Origin: Paraspadella gotoi
Lineage: Eukaryota; Animalia; Chaetognatha
Direction: 5' to 3'
Length of the DNA stretch: 64,000 bases
NCBI GenBank assembly: GCA_051294375.1
Contig: CM119270.1
Span: 1,556,633 to 1,620,632, forward strand
The notes below the pieces were generated by a model, which was not told the origin of the DNA, did no database searches, and saw only the letters and a list, made by a program, of their open reading frames with translations. Of this stretch, positions 24,289-36,843 are shown in pieces. A program made the translations under genes and the position numbers. Each line of letters begins with the position of its first letter. The first letter of the stretch is position 1.

Positions 24289-25062
24289 GACATGCTTATT
24301 TCTTAAAAAGAATCGCTGACTTGCCGACATTTTATGAGCTTTCAACTTTGGACTGTTGATCTCTCTGTTTGGACTGTCTGTCCATCTGTCTGTCCGTTAT
24401 TCAATCTATTTATCGGTCTGTATGTTTATCTATCTTTCTACTTTTCCGTCTCTATGTTTTACTCTCAATCAGCCTTTCCTAGTATACAACGATAACGATT
24501 TAAATTTTAAAAATAAATCGCATTAAAAGGATATTAATCTTCTATTTAGAAAACGAGGTCGTCGCCCGACTCGAGACGGAGACTCAGATAACCTTTTCGT
24601 TACGGTCATCTGCTCCGTTATTCCTTGGGGTTGATCNNNNNNNNNNNNNNNNNNNNNNNNNNNNNNNNNNNNNNNNNNNNNNNNNNNNNNNNNNNNNNNN
24701 NNNNNNNNNNNNNNNNNNNNNNNNNNNNNNNNNNNNNNNNNNNNNNNNNNNNNNNNNNNNNNNNNNNNNNNNNNNNNNNNNNNNNNNNNNNNNNNNNNNN
24801 NNNNNNNNNNNNNNNNNNNNNNNNNNNNNNNNNNNNNNNNNNNNNNNNNNNNNNNNNNNNNNNNNNNNNNGGTAAGTATTTAAACCGTTACAAAATTGTG
24901 TCAAGAAATTTGAAGAAATCTCCAAAGGGAAGAAACGTGTCCCTCTCATGCTTCATGACCCTCGTGAGAATTCGGATTTTGCTCTAGATTTGCGGCAACC
25001 TGCGGAAGTTTGCTGCAATCGATAACATTCTTTGTCTTCTTGTGAACGAATCGTCAGCAGAA

Positions 25063-25110
<48 letters not shown>

Positions 25111-25303
25111 TCTTCTCCTTCGTCACCGTCGACGTCACCACCGTCATTGTCAGCAATATAATTTAATTGCAGCCTCGCTGTCATTAATTTATCATCTTTT
25201 TTTTCACTTTCATCTTCGTCTTCTTTGTCATCATCTTTTTGTCATCAATTCTTCAACATTGTTAACCCCACCCACCGTCAGCCCAGCGCCTTCCTCGACT
25301 TAC

Positions 25304-25420
25304 CCGCCCAAAGTCAAGCTCGTCCTTTGGCTTCGGCGCCGCTGGGAGGTGCGAAGGTGGGACCCAGGTCATCCCTCCACTTGGCAGAGGCGGCGCTGGG
25401 AGAGGCTTTTTCTTTTTTGG
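25304..25420 (-). CDS. SH3-domain gene, proline-rich exon (PKKKKPLPAPPLPS..DFGR)
   Basis: ccttacag acceptor, gtaagt donor, 117 bp, phase 0-0. Confidence 0.75.
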
Positions 25421-25899
25421 CTGTAAGGAAAAAAGAGAGAGATTGTCGTTCTTCTGTGGATCATCATGACTTTTGTGCATCTTCTGAGAATTGTTAAAGC
25501 CTGCTGTTTTATGTTTAATATACCCAGCTCCTTCACGCGTCAGAATGATTATTTCTTATTTTTATTGTTACCAGCGCACCTTCCTACGACATTTTACTTA
25601 ATCCTTTCGCTCTCTCTTGACTCTACTAAGATCGGTGCTCTGCGTTCTCTTTCGTTGATGCTGCCATTGTACGGCGCTCTCTGGCATCGGGTCATGTGTG
25701 CTGCGAGAAAGGTGGGACCGGTGGCAGGTCATCCCTACCACTTGGCTAGAGGCGGGTGGAGGCTGGGGAGTAGGCTTTTTCTTTTTTGGCTGTAAGGAAA
25801 GAATTTTATGGAGGAATAAGAAGGTCTCTCAGGCTCTCTGCGCTCTCTCACGGCTCATCTGTCAGCTGCGCTCCGCTCGGCTCTCCTCTCTCCTACGGT

Positions 25900-26133
25900 C
25901 GGCTCGGTCAGACGTCGAGTCGTCCTTCTCTCGTGCTCCAGTCTCTACTGGCGTTCTCTCTCCAGATCACGGGCCCTCATGCTTCTTAGTGCTTCGGCGG
26001 CTGACTGCGGTTCAATAGAAGAAGGTCTTTCGGTCCGCGCCGGGTTGATGGACTGCGGAGGTAGAGTCCGAGAGCTTGCGGAGCGCATCCCAGGCGCAGT
26101 GACCGTCAGTGGCGCTCCGGGAACATCCCACCC
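25900..26133 (-). CDS. SH3 domain C-terminal exon (GMFPERH..; noisy, 3' boundary uncertain)
   Basis: A phase-2 join gives R-GGMFPERH, the G.FP..YV strand of SH3. The downstream frame is broken by indels. Confidence 0.55.
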
Positions 26134-26472
26134 CTCAGAGCGGAGAGAGAGAAAGAGAGAGGAGAGGAGAGAGAGGAGAGAGAGGAACGAGAGAGAGAGG
26201 AGAGAGAGATGAGAGGAGAGTAGGGTGGGAGAGAAGGAGAGGAGGAGAGGGAGAGGAGAAAATAAATAAAAACAGAAAACGTTAAAGAAAAGACCACATT
26301 TTACTCAAAATCTGCTGCTCTCTCTCCTCTCTCGTCGAGCTCTCTGCGCTCCCCCTCTCGTCGTCTCGTCGCTCTCTCCTCTCTCTCTCCGTCTCTCTCT
26401 CTCTCTACTCTTTGTTCTCCCCGCTCTCTCTCTCGTCTCGCTCTCTCCTCTCCTTCCTCCGTCCCTACATAC

Positions 26473-26639
26473 CGTCCTCCAAAACTCTCAGCAGGAACTC
26501 GTACGATGATCCATCCGTTCTTGCTGTTATTTTNNNNNNNNNNNNNNNNNNNNNNNNNCTTCCTGAGTCGGACGTCGTACGGTTCTCTCGGTTCGTAGTC
26601 GTACATCGCTTGTGCGCAATGGATTCGCCAGTCTATCAC
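26473..26639 (-). CDS. SH3 domain, N-terminal exon (short internal N gap)
   Basis: AQAMYDYEPREPYDVRLRK..NNSKNGWIIVR matches ALYDY.....ELSF.KGD.......GWW. cag acceptor and gtatgt donor. Confidence 0.8.
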
Positions 26640-26927
26640 CTGCGGAGGGAGATAAAAGGGAGAAGGAAGTGGGAAGTGGGAAGAAGGGAGAAGAAGGGAA
26701 GGAATTGGGGGAGAAGGGAAGGACAGGGAAGGAGACAGGGTGAGGGAAAGGGAAGGGAAAAAAGAAAAAAAAATGCCAGAGAGGAATACAAGACAGAGAA
26801 GAAGAAGGAAAAGGAAAGGAAAGGAAATGAAAAGGGAAAACATTAAGTGAAGACTCTGAAAAAGATTACGATTAAATAATAATAATAATAACGAGGCGCT
26901 TTCGGAGAACTGTGCCAACCCAGGAAC

Positions 26928-27045
26928 CTGAATCTTGGAGTCGTCTCTCCAAGTCTCCGGTCCAGGATCTTTCTTGTTCGACGTGTTGAGATTTCCAAAG
27001 GAGAGAGGACCCGATGTTCGGTCGGGGAGACGACGGCCTTCGAAC
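26928..27045 (-). CDS. SH3-domain gene, exon preceding the SH3
   Basis: ctccctcag acceptor, FEGRRLPDRTSG...DDSKIQ|gt. Phase 0 joins VIDW at 26639. Confidence 0.55.
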
Positions 27046-27974
27046 CTGAGGGAGAAAGGGGGAGAGGGAGGAGGGAGGGTTGAGAGAAGAGGAGGAGGAG
27101 GAAGTGGAGGAAGAGGATGAGAGGAAAGAGGAGGAGTAGGAGGAGGACCGTCTGAATAATCGCCTTCCCCCTGGCGGGTGGCTCGGGGCGACGTCAGGGC
27201 TTCTTTCAATTTTTTTTCTTTTCTTTTTTCTTTTCTTTTTTTTACCCAAGGGGGAATATTTTTTATTTTAATGTTACCAAAGAGTCGTCCACCTAATGGT
27301 CAAAAATATATTCAACCAGGGGCAGCACATTGGGGCCGCTACATTTTATCTCCCATTTATTTCGGACTAACGCCTCTTTCAACTTTGCTGCAACACCATC
27401 TTAACACCGTCATCTCACTTAAGCTTTCTAAACACTCCTTCAGACACTTACCTTTTCTCTCGTTCCTTCTACCTCTCGCTCTCTGCTCTCTTCTCTCTCT
27501 CTATCTCTCTCTCGATCTCTACATCTCTTCTCTCGGTCTCTGCCTCTCTGCTCTCTTCTCTCATGCTCTCTCAGCTCACATCCACTTTGAACTGGGGCCG
27601 GCAAATGACTTCCTTCAGCTCCCCTTCTCCGTCTCTCTCTCTCGCCTTCGCCGCATCGCTTGCCGCCCTTCGCCCTCTCGACGCGCCTCGTGCCGGCTCT
27701 CTTTCCTCCTCCTCCTCCTCTTCTTCCATCCTTCTCTATCCTGCCTTCTCTTCGTCCTGTCTCTCCTGCCTGCGCAGCCGCGATGGATGCCGTGGCGCAG
27801 GCGGATTGAGCCGGGCGCGGTGAGGAGGTGGGGCCTTGGAGGACGTGAAAGTCGACGTTGTGGGGCGCCTTGGAGGGAGGGAGAGACGCGGACTTGTGGG
27901 CGCTCGTGGGGGGGTAGTGAGGAAGGAGCGATCACGAATTTCGATGCTCGTGAAGAGAGAGAGAGAGAGAGAGG

Positions 27975-28025
<51 letters not shown>

Positions 28026-28644
28026 TGAGACGGTACAGTAAGCTTTTGTTTCTTACTTGCGATAAACTGGAGCGGAGTGGATAGTCTCCACTATGAGTTG
28101 AAATCAGCTGTGCAGCTTTGAGGCCAATAGATGCAGGAACGGTGTAGGTTTATTGGGGCCGTTTGAGGATTTTTAAAAATTCAAAAAAATTGCCGCTTCA
28201 GGAACCCACATAAAGAATTTTTTTTACAATATTGGTGCTGTAACGCGGTTTAATTGAAAGCAGATCCTACTTCATTTTTCTTTGCTCATGATATATCCAG
28301 ACGGCCCTACATAATGGGATGTAGAAATTTTTTAATTTAATTTTATTTATATTTGTTTTAAAAAAAATTAAATTCCTACAAAAAAAAAAATTCAAGAGTA
28401 TTGACCTAAAAAGGTCGCAAGGTATATTAATTGCCATTTTGTATTAGTACAAAATGAGTTACTTTGAAAGAGAACCCAGTTTTAAAATGAATAAAAAACC
28501 AAACTTAAATTTTGAAAGAAACTTATGTTAAATACCAAGAAATACTTGTTTTTGAAAATTCTAAAAAATATATCATAAGTCCTTTAAAACTAATTAATAT
28601 TATAAAAATGAATGGGTNNNNNNNNNNNNNNNNNNNNNNNNNTT

Positions 28645-29059
28645 CCACCCGTCCTCCAAACCAACCCAGACAACTTGGTCGAGGACAGCCCCGCCTTCGA
28701 CGTCCGCAAACCGAGCGCCCCCTTCGAAGGCGCCACCGCCAGCGCCCCCTTCGACGTCCCTATCGCCAACGCCGATTTCGTCCGCGCGGCCTGTAACGAC
28801 GCCGGTTCTTCTTCCTCCTCCTCCGGCGGCGCCGCGCCCGAATACGCGTCGAAAGGATGACGACGATGTCGAGAATATTTGGTCGGAGGTTTGACCGGCG
28901 CCGTGTAGGCGACCGTCGACGAACGCGGGGACATAGCGGCGTCGTTTTGGTTGCCACTCAAAGGGGCGGCTTCGGCGGCGTCGGCGGCGTCGTTGTCCGT
29001 GACGTCGGTTATGAGTTTGAGGAAAGAGTCGGTTTCGGTGGCTTCCAGTTCCTTGAGAT
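28645..29059 (-). CDS. SH3-domain gene, low-complexity exon (3' end in a gap)
   Basis: GC-rich stop-free frame (D)LKELEATETDSFLKLITDV...SKGALAVAPSKGALG... after a ccctcaag acceptor. Confidence 0.6.
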
Positions 29060-29074
29060 CTTGAGGGAGATTTG

Positions 29075-29290
29075 ATTTGACTCATTTGATTGAATTTGAT
29101 TGATTGATTGATTTTATTTGATTGATTTGATTTGATTTTATTGAATGATTTGATTGATTTGATTAATTCATTGATTGATGGATTGATTTGATTGATTTGA
29201 ATGATTTGATTGATTTGATTGAATTTGATTGATTTGATTGTTTTAATTGTTTCGATTGATTTGATTGATTGACAGATTGTTTTGATTTTT
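29075..29290. repeat. (ATTG/ATTTG)n simple repeat
   Basis: Read directly. Confidence 0.9.
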
Positions 29291-29482
29291 TAATTTTTTT
29301 TTTTTGAGTGGATGTTTTAAAGTTTACTTTCTACTAATTTTATAATTGATTGTCTGATTCGATTGACTTGATTCGACTTGATAGATTCACTTGTTCCACC
29401 AATTAACGTATTTCATTGATCTTTACAGATATGATTATCAGATTGATTGATTGGTTGAGAAATTGATTGCTTGGATCCTCAC

Positions 29483-29606
29483 CGAAATCTCTCTGTTCCC
29501 AAGATCTCTTCCTCGTTAACTTCCTCCCTCTCTCCTCCTTCTCCTCCTCCTCTTCCTCCTCTCCTTCCTTCCTCCTTCCTTCTCTCTGCTTCTTCTCTTT
29601 CCTCAT
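29483..29606 (-). CDS. SH3-domain gene, probable first coding exon
   Basis: MRKEKKQREG...RKRSWEQRDF+G|gtgag. Phase 1 matches the acceptor at 29059. Confidence 0.5.
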
Positions 29607-30081
29607 TTCTTTGCTTTTCGTTCGACGAATGATTTAAATTTTGTTTATATATATAAAAACAAACAAACAAAAAATCCCCCCCTTACTTTCTCAATTCAAA
29701 AATCTTTTCTCTCTCGCGTTAGGAAATATTTAATCAAATGATAAATTAATGATTCTCTTGAGATTCTACTTTTGCCTAATGTCGACGAGTTTCTTTTTTT
29801 AAAAAAAAATAATAAATTCGTCACTAAACGGCGGCCGGGATGTTATTAAAAAAGCGCTATCGACTACAACAATAACAATAATAAGAAAAAGTCTGAAAAA
29901 AAAATAAAGAGAAAAAATTCTAAGAAAAGTCGCTTCGTTTTTGCGATAAGCGGGAGAATGTAGGGGGGAGAAGTAAAGGGAGGGAATTATATATGTGGAG
30001 GGAGTGAGTGAGAGAGAGAAGAGAGAGATGAGAAGAGTAAGGAGAGGGAGAGAAGAGTGGAAGAGAGAGAGAGAAGAGAGA

Positions 30082-30119
<38 letters not shown>

Positions 30120-33037
30120 AAAAAAATGGAAGGAGGTGAGAAATAAAAGTAATAAAAGAGTAAAGTGAAAAGAGGAGAGATAAGAATTGAAGGGGAAAAA
30201 AGGCACTGTTTTCCGAAAACAACCCTTATTTGCTTTTCTATTTTTTAAACCTAAATATTCAACAATAACCTTTTAACAAATACTTAAAGTTTAATCCCTC
30301 ATCAGGTAACCCTGACCTGTCCCGTAACAATGACCTCAAATCTAATACTTATCTTTCGCCTCTAAACTCATCATGCAAACCTAAAAACTTTTTGATTCAG
30401 AATTTAAGCGGAAATAGGCAGTTTTTTGAAAATATGGTAGGAAAGAATATCGGAATTATAAAGGGGAAAAAAAGAATAAAAGAAAAGAAGGAAGGCAGAA
30501 GATAAGAACAACGACGACAACAACAACAACAACGAAAAGAAGAATATATCGATTTCGACAGAAAAAAAGGAAAAAAAAAATCGTTTCTTTCTCCAATTTA
30601 AATATTTTCTCCATCGAATATAAAAACAAAACAAAACAAAACAATATTCATCTCTCGTTTCGCGTTTGTTTACATTTGTTTAGTTTTTTATGATTTCGTT
30701 TTTTTTTCAAATTACATGTATGACAAAAACGAACAAACAAAGACAATCTCAAGGTACAGCGTTCAACGCTTATATCATCGCTTCTAAACTGTTTTTTCAC
30801 CCTCTTTTCTTGACAGATTAATTATCCCGCATCCAAAAAGACTGTATTATTTCTTCTAATCAATCATTTAATCAATTAAACTACTAATACGCGTCGCCGC
30901 TACCGAACAAAAGAACAAAGAAAAAAAAACTACAATAATAATAATGATAATAATCATAAGACAAAGATAAACAATAATTAAAAACAAACAAAACAAAACA
31001 AAACAAAAAAAAAAACAAAAGTGGAAAACGAAAGTCAAACGCCCCCTTGACATTTAACAACAGTTAAAAAAAATCGAGATTAAAAAAAAAAAACGAAAAG
31101 ATTTAAAAAACTAAATCCACGACAACAACAACAACAACAATAACGACGACGACGCCAGTATTTTTTTTTCTCTCTCCTTTTGATCGAAGGTACAGTGAAA
31201 ACCTATTTAAACTAGAGGAAATTATTACAGATTTTTATCAGATTTTTATCAGATTTTATATTATTGAGTTTGTACGTATATGAAAAAAAATATAATTACC
31301 AAAATATCTATACTTATTACGGTAATTGGGTTCAATTATCTTTCAGTGTCTTAAAGTATTGGACATAGGTTTAAAAATTGCCCCAATTTATTTTAAAATT
31401 TCGGATTAAATTGGTTTTTATTAGGCAATAGATAAAGATTAGAATTATGAGTGGGGAGATTTGGATTAAGAATTAAGGTTTAGATAATAAGGATTAGATT
31501 TTTGGATTCGGATTAAGTTTATGGGATTTGGTTACTAATTTGCTTAGAAAATAAATTTAAGTAAAGGAAATAACGGGCTTTCGTAAAAGAAAAGCCCCTT
31601 AAATGAATATCTAACTAATTATTACAACGTTTTATTTCTGGTTTTCACTGGGAAACTTCTAATTTCTAAGAGCCTTTTTAATCCTCGACTGAAAAAAAAA
31701 GAAGAAAAAAAGTCAAAAGAGAAAAAGAAAAGAAATGAATTTCTAAGAAATCGCGCGATTTATATAAATAGATTTTTCAGCGATAAAAATTTACTTTTAT
31801 TAAAAGACGAAGATTAAAAAAAGGAAAAAAAAGGAAAACAACTTATGAAAAAAAAGAAGGGAAGGGGAAGAAAAATGCTTTCCCGGGACCCGCGGCAACA
31901 ACAACAACAACAACGTAGAGACAGATTCGCTTCTCGGCGCTTCAAAATTATCCTTACACCCGCATACTGCAGCTTTTAAGGTGAGTTTGAGATTGATTGA
32001 TTTAATGCTTGATTGATTGATTGATTTGGTGATCGATGGATAAATGAGTGTTTGATTCAACGATTTATTGATTTATAGTTTGATTGACTGATTGATTGAT
32101 TAATGTATAAAAACAAATCGCACTAGATATTTCGGGAAGATGAAATGGTTCACGTTTTTTGAAAAATAAACAAAGGAATTTTTGAAAAAAAAAACTATTT
32201 TTGTTTATTAACGAAAGCGTAAAAAGATGACTTTAAAATTCTTTTTTAAAAGATAAACAGTGTTTATTAAACACTTAATGAACATAAAATGCTTCTGCCA
32301 TCAATGTGGAAAATTCTTACTTTTCTGCTTCTAAGTTAATTCCATCTGGATTTTCCGTATCGAATTCCATTAAATTTCTAGATCCACTTTTTCGCTTATG
32401 ATTTTCTTCCATTTTGATTTCTCATTTTATTTTCTGCATCTGAGACTTTCGCTTCTAATTCCATTAAATTTCCACATCACACATCACACCCGCTTCTAAG
32501 TCGTTCCATTCCGTTTCCGCTTCTAATTCCACTCCTGCTATCGATTCCATTTCTCTCGGTTTCGCTCCATCAAATCTTTAAGTCACCAGAAACAAAAGAG
32601 CATCAAGATTGAATGGAAAGACCGAAGACGACGACGACGACGACGACAATGGAGATGACGATGATGAAGACAACAATGACGACGGTGAAGACGACGATAA
32701 TAAAGACGACGACGACGATGATGACGACTCTGAACAACAAAGTTGGCCATTCAATATTCAATCTCATTTCGGAATTCATTCTTGAATGCATTCACAACTG
32801 ACTCACGGTTTTTCTGACATTCGTTCATAATTCATCAATTCGTTTGATTAACTCCTCTTTCATTAAACACAAAAAGAAAAAAAAGAAAAGAAAAAAGATA
32901 TTAAATGAAAATAAGGATTGGATTCTGTTGCGTCCGAGAAATTCATGAGCAGCAAAAAAAGGGCTGGAAGTGGGTTGACTTGGCTTCTTTTCCTAATGGC
33001 CAATGGAATAGATGGAGCATAGAGGGAGAGAGAGAGA

Positions 33038-33117
<80 letters not shown>

Positions 33118-33976
33118 CTTATGACTCTGTATTCAATAAGTTCTTGTGATGACTAGTGATACTTATCTTTTTTTTTCCATCTTTGAGCGATCAACCTTTT
33201 CTGTTCCGCCAAAAAACAATCTTCATTTTTCTTATTGTAGAAAAAAACAAGTTTGAGCAAACAATGTCGGATCTGCCTACGATAATTAATTAATTAATTG
33301 ATTAATTAATTAATTATAGATTAATTAATTAATTAATAGATTAATTAATTAATTAATTAATAGAATTAATTATAATTATATTCAGCTTGTTCATCATCGA
33401 TGTCCTTAAAATTATTATGTGTTTTATTCGTTTACAACAATTAGTTGAAACAGTACATTCAAAAGGGCATGCAGCATTACAGATAAACGCATAAATTGTA
33501 CAGTTTACAATTCAACAAAATATAAATATTTAAATTGAGTCAGGACAGTTATTAAATGTTTTGTTTTACAATTTTATCAAACAAACAAATATCCTCTATT
33601 ATCGAGCCAGGCGGGCAAAGCCCGTCCTGTCTAGATTTTTTTTCGGTTTAACTTTCGGTCTCGCTTTTTTGCAATCCATGGCTTCTGAAAGTGTGATATC
33701 ATAGGGAGTTGATTTTCATATATGGCTTCTAAATCATCAAGATCTTTAAAATTCTCATGTTTCATATCAATATTGTATTGTTTATGTTTTATTTACAAAA
33801 CAAAAACGTTTTAATTATATGTCGCTCTCTCTCTCTCATCCTTTTTCTCCGTCACTGCTTCTTCTAAAAACGAGTTCCGGCTCTGCAGCGTCTGTCCAGC
33901 TTCTTTTTCTCTCTCTCTCTCTCTCTCTTTTTTTTTTACAAAACAATTTTTAGATATAATGTGGGTTCACTAATGT

Positions 33977-34060
33977 AAAAAACGATGCCGCGAACAGGGC
34001 GCGAACCCGGTCCTTTGGGTAGAGAATAGCTCACGCTACGTGCGGCGCCATAAGTACTGC
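33977..34060 (-). mobile_element. tRNA-derived SINE-like head
   Basis: Minus strand TGGCGCCGCACGTAGCG (A-box-like) ... CCGGGTTCGCGCCCTG (B-box-like), followed by a T run. Confidence 0.35.
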
Positions 34061-34437
34061 TGATTCTTTAACGAGTAAAGGGGCTGTAGAGCTTCTCTCT
34101 CTCTCTCTCTTTTAATTATTATATATCGCTCTTTCTCTTTTTCTCTGCAGCGGCTGTCTCTCTCTCTCTCTCTCTCTTTTTCTCTCTCTCTCTCTCTGTC
34201 TCTCTGTCTCTCTGTGTGTGTCTGTCCCTATCTGTCCGATCTTTTGCGTGATCGTTTGTTTTTTTGAAAAATTCTGATTATTTTTTTCCTTCTAAAAACT
34301 TTTTATTATTGCCATTTATTCCGCGCTTTTTTTCAATACAAAATCCATATTTTCATCCGAGATTTTCGTGGATTTATTCTCTTTCTTCTTTCTTCTCTCT
34401 CTCTCTCTCTCTCTCTCTCTTTTCTCTCTCTCTCTCT

Positions 34438-34486
<49 letters not shown>

Positions 34487-34514
34487 ACTTCATACACGCA
34501 TTTGTTTGTTTTAT

Positions 34515-34720
34515 TGACTATCATCGCATCAATGAATGACAATCATCGCATCAATGAATGACAATCATCGCATCACTGAATGACTATCATCACCGCAGTG
34601 AATGACTATCATCGCATCAATAATTGATTATCATCGAATCAATAATCAATTCCTATTACATCAATAAATTACTATTACATCAATCATTAGTATTACCTCA
34701 ATCAATTACTAGTACATCAA
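34515..34720. repeat. 22-bp minisatellite (TGACAATCATCGCATCAATGAA)
   Basis: Several tandem copies decaying rightwards. Confidence 0.85.
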
Positions 34721-35019
34721 CAATTCGTTATCGCATGATTCATTCGTTTTTTTTCCCGATTTTTTTCATTAATTTTCTATGATAGTGGGCTCTGGCTCGA
34801 TTCTTGAGTCTTTTAAGATTTTTTTATTTTATGTCTCCTTCTCTCTCTCTCTCTCTCTCACTCTCTCTCTTTCTCTCTCCACTCTCTCTTCTCTCTCACT
34901 CTCTTCTTTTCTCTCTCTCTTCTCTCTCTCTTTTTATGCAATAGCGACAATCTTATGCTTTTAAGATTTTTTTTAACTTGCATCATTTTTTCAACTTTCA
35001 TATTTTTTCAACTTGCATT

Positions 35020-35920
35020 CCGTCAAAACTTTATATCTAGCTTCTTTCACTCACTTTCCTACCGGCTCACAAAATTTTCATCTTAATCTATCATGGGTTA
35101 AATAAATAAAAAGATTCAAGTAAATGTGACTCATATTTTTTCATTTAAACTCATTTCCACTGGTACGTTTCCACTGAAACTTTATATCAAGCTTCGTCAT
35201 ACGTTTTCTACCCACACACAAAATTTCAACTCAATCTATCCATCCAATTATGATTAATTGGAGTATTTATTGGTTAAAATAAGTAAACAAGATTTTAGTA
35301 AATTCGACTTATGTTTTTTCCATTAAACTAATTTCCACTCACACGATTCCATCGAAAAATTTTATATCCAGCTTTATTCACACACTTTCCTACCCACACA
35401 CAAAATTAATTCCAATCCAAACCAGCCAATCACGAGTTATATGGAGCTTTTTGCTAAGATGGACGGATGGACGGATTGATTGACTAATTAATTAATTATT
35501 TGATTAATTATTTACTAATTGATTAATTAACTGATTAATTATTTGATTTATTAATACATCCTGCAGATACATTTAATATAAAAGGAAAAAGAAGCATAAT
35601 CAATTAGTAAAAACAGGTTTTTTGTTTTTTCCATTTAAACTCATTTCCACTCAAACTATTCCATCGAAACTTGATTTCCTGTTCAATCACACACTTTCCT
35701 ACCCACATACAAAATCCAGGTCAATCAGCCCTCCACTCATGAGCAATTGGTGTTCAAATAGTGAATATATTTTTTTTGTTTTTTTCCATTTAACCTCATT
35801 TCCACTCAGACGATTCCATCGAAACTTAATATCCAGCTCAATCACACACTTACTATCCACACACAAAATTTCATTTAAATCCATCCATCCAATCACGAGT
35901 AATTGATGTTTTTTGCTAAG
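35020..35920. repeat. About 5 degenerate 150-180 bp tandem units inside the HINE
   Basis: Recurrent aaactcatttccact..aaactttatatc..cactttcctacccacacacaaaatt. Confidence 0.85.
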
Positions 35921-36190
35921 GTGGGACGACGGACGGACGGACGGACGACGGACAGACGGACGGACGGACATCATTTTTTTTGCATAATTTATCATAATTC
36001 GATGTTCTGACATGATATAAGTGTGTGCCCGACAATATTGAGGGGCGGACCGACGGACCGAAAAAGTGAGTTATAAAAAGTGAGTTATAGAGTCGGGATC
36101 TGCTGATAAGCAGATCCGACTAAAAATTTAATCAAAATTTTTTCTCTCAAAAATCTTGAAAATTTCATCCTTCAGTTTATGGACAGTCTT

Positions 36191-36253
<63 letters not shown>

Positions 36254-36442
36254 GCGTCCCTGCATCTCGGCGCTGCAAGCGTCTCAATTAGTCAACATTC
36301 TTTTTTTTCCGCTTTTTTATCATCATTTTCTTTTTCGCCTTTTCTTGCTCCTCCTCTTTCTCCTCCTCCTCCTCTTCCTCCCCCTCTCTTCGAAAAAAAA
36401 GAAAAATTCCATCGTCACCAACTTTTCTGCCCAAATTCCGCT

Positions 36443-36611
36443 AATTGACAGATATTTTCTTTTCGGGTCCGATTCCGCCCGGGATACAAGAAGGGGACGG
36501 CTTCTCCTCAAGGGACGAGGAAACGGCAGAAGCTCTTGCCGCCTCTTTGGGGCGCTTGACCATCTGGGCCTCATTAAAGGAAAATCCGAATTCTGGGCGA
36601 AGAAAAATATC
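36443..36611 (-). CDS. Candidate terminal exon of an unidentified gene
   Basis: GC-rich island, pyrimidine tract plus aaag acceptor, DIFLRPEFGFSFNEAQMVKRPKEAA...KKISVN*. No recognisable domain. Confidence 0.3.
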
Positions 36612-36797
36612 CTTTGAAGAGGGAGAGAGAGGAGGGAAAATCTTTAGGCTTTATTTTCCCAGGACGCCCCATTTTATTTTAAATTTTGAATTAGATTAAT
36701 TTATTTAATCTTTAGGTTTGCGCTGAACCAGAATATCAACTTACATAATCAAAACATGTCTATTTATTACTAATAAACTTTACCATTGTTATCCAAT

Positions 36798-36843
36798 ACC
36801 AGTCTCTTCGGAGGCGTGGGTTCGAATCACACGGCTGCCACCA
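36798..36843 (+). pseudogene. 3' half of tRNA-Leu with encoded CCA (retro-tRNA fragment)
   Basis: ACCAGTCTCTTCGGAGGCGTGGGTTCGAATCACACGGCTGCCA+CCA comprises the anticodon-stem 3' strand, long variable arm, T arm and acceptor strand of animal tRNA-Leu (AAG/TAG type). No 5' half is present. Confidence 0.8.

Larger units (their letters stand above)
33246..36126 (-). mobile_element. Helentron-associated non-autonomous element (HINE/DINE-1-like), family 1
   Basis: 11-bp subterminal inverted repeats GTCGGATCTGC (33266-33276) and GCAGATCCGAC (36110-36120). Long hairpin at 36091-36121, short GTTTG-AG-CAAAC hairpin next to the AACAAG end, (GACG)n microsatellite, internal tandem array, A/T-run flanks. 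Confidence 0.75.

Noticed and set aside
27575-27935. GC-rich Glu/Arg-rich block ending in a gtgag donor, possibly another SH3-gene exon
   Set aside because: The frame is broken and the acceptor undefined, so no coordinates could be supported.
31875-32764. Plus-strand two-exon gene (poly-Gln exon with gtgagt donor, Asp-rich exon)
   Set aside because: There is an in-frame stop before the donor, and the content is mostly trinucleotide repeat.
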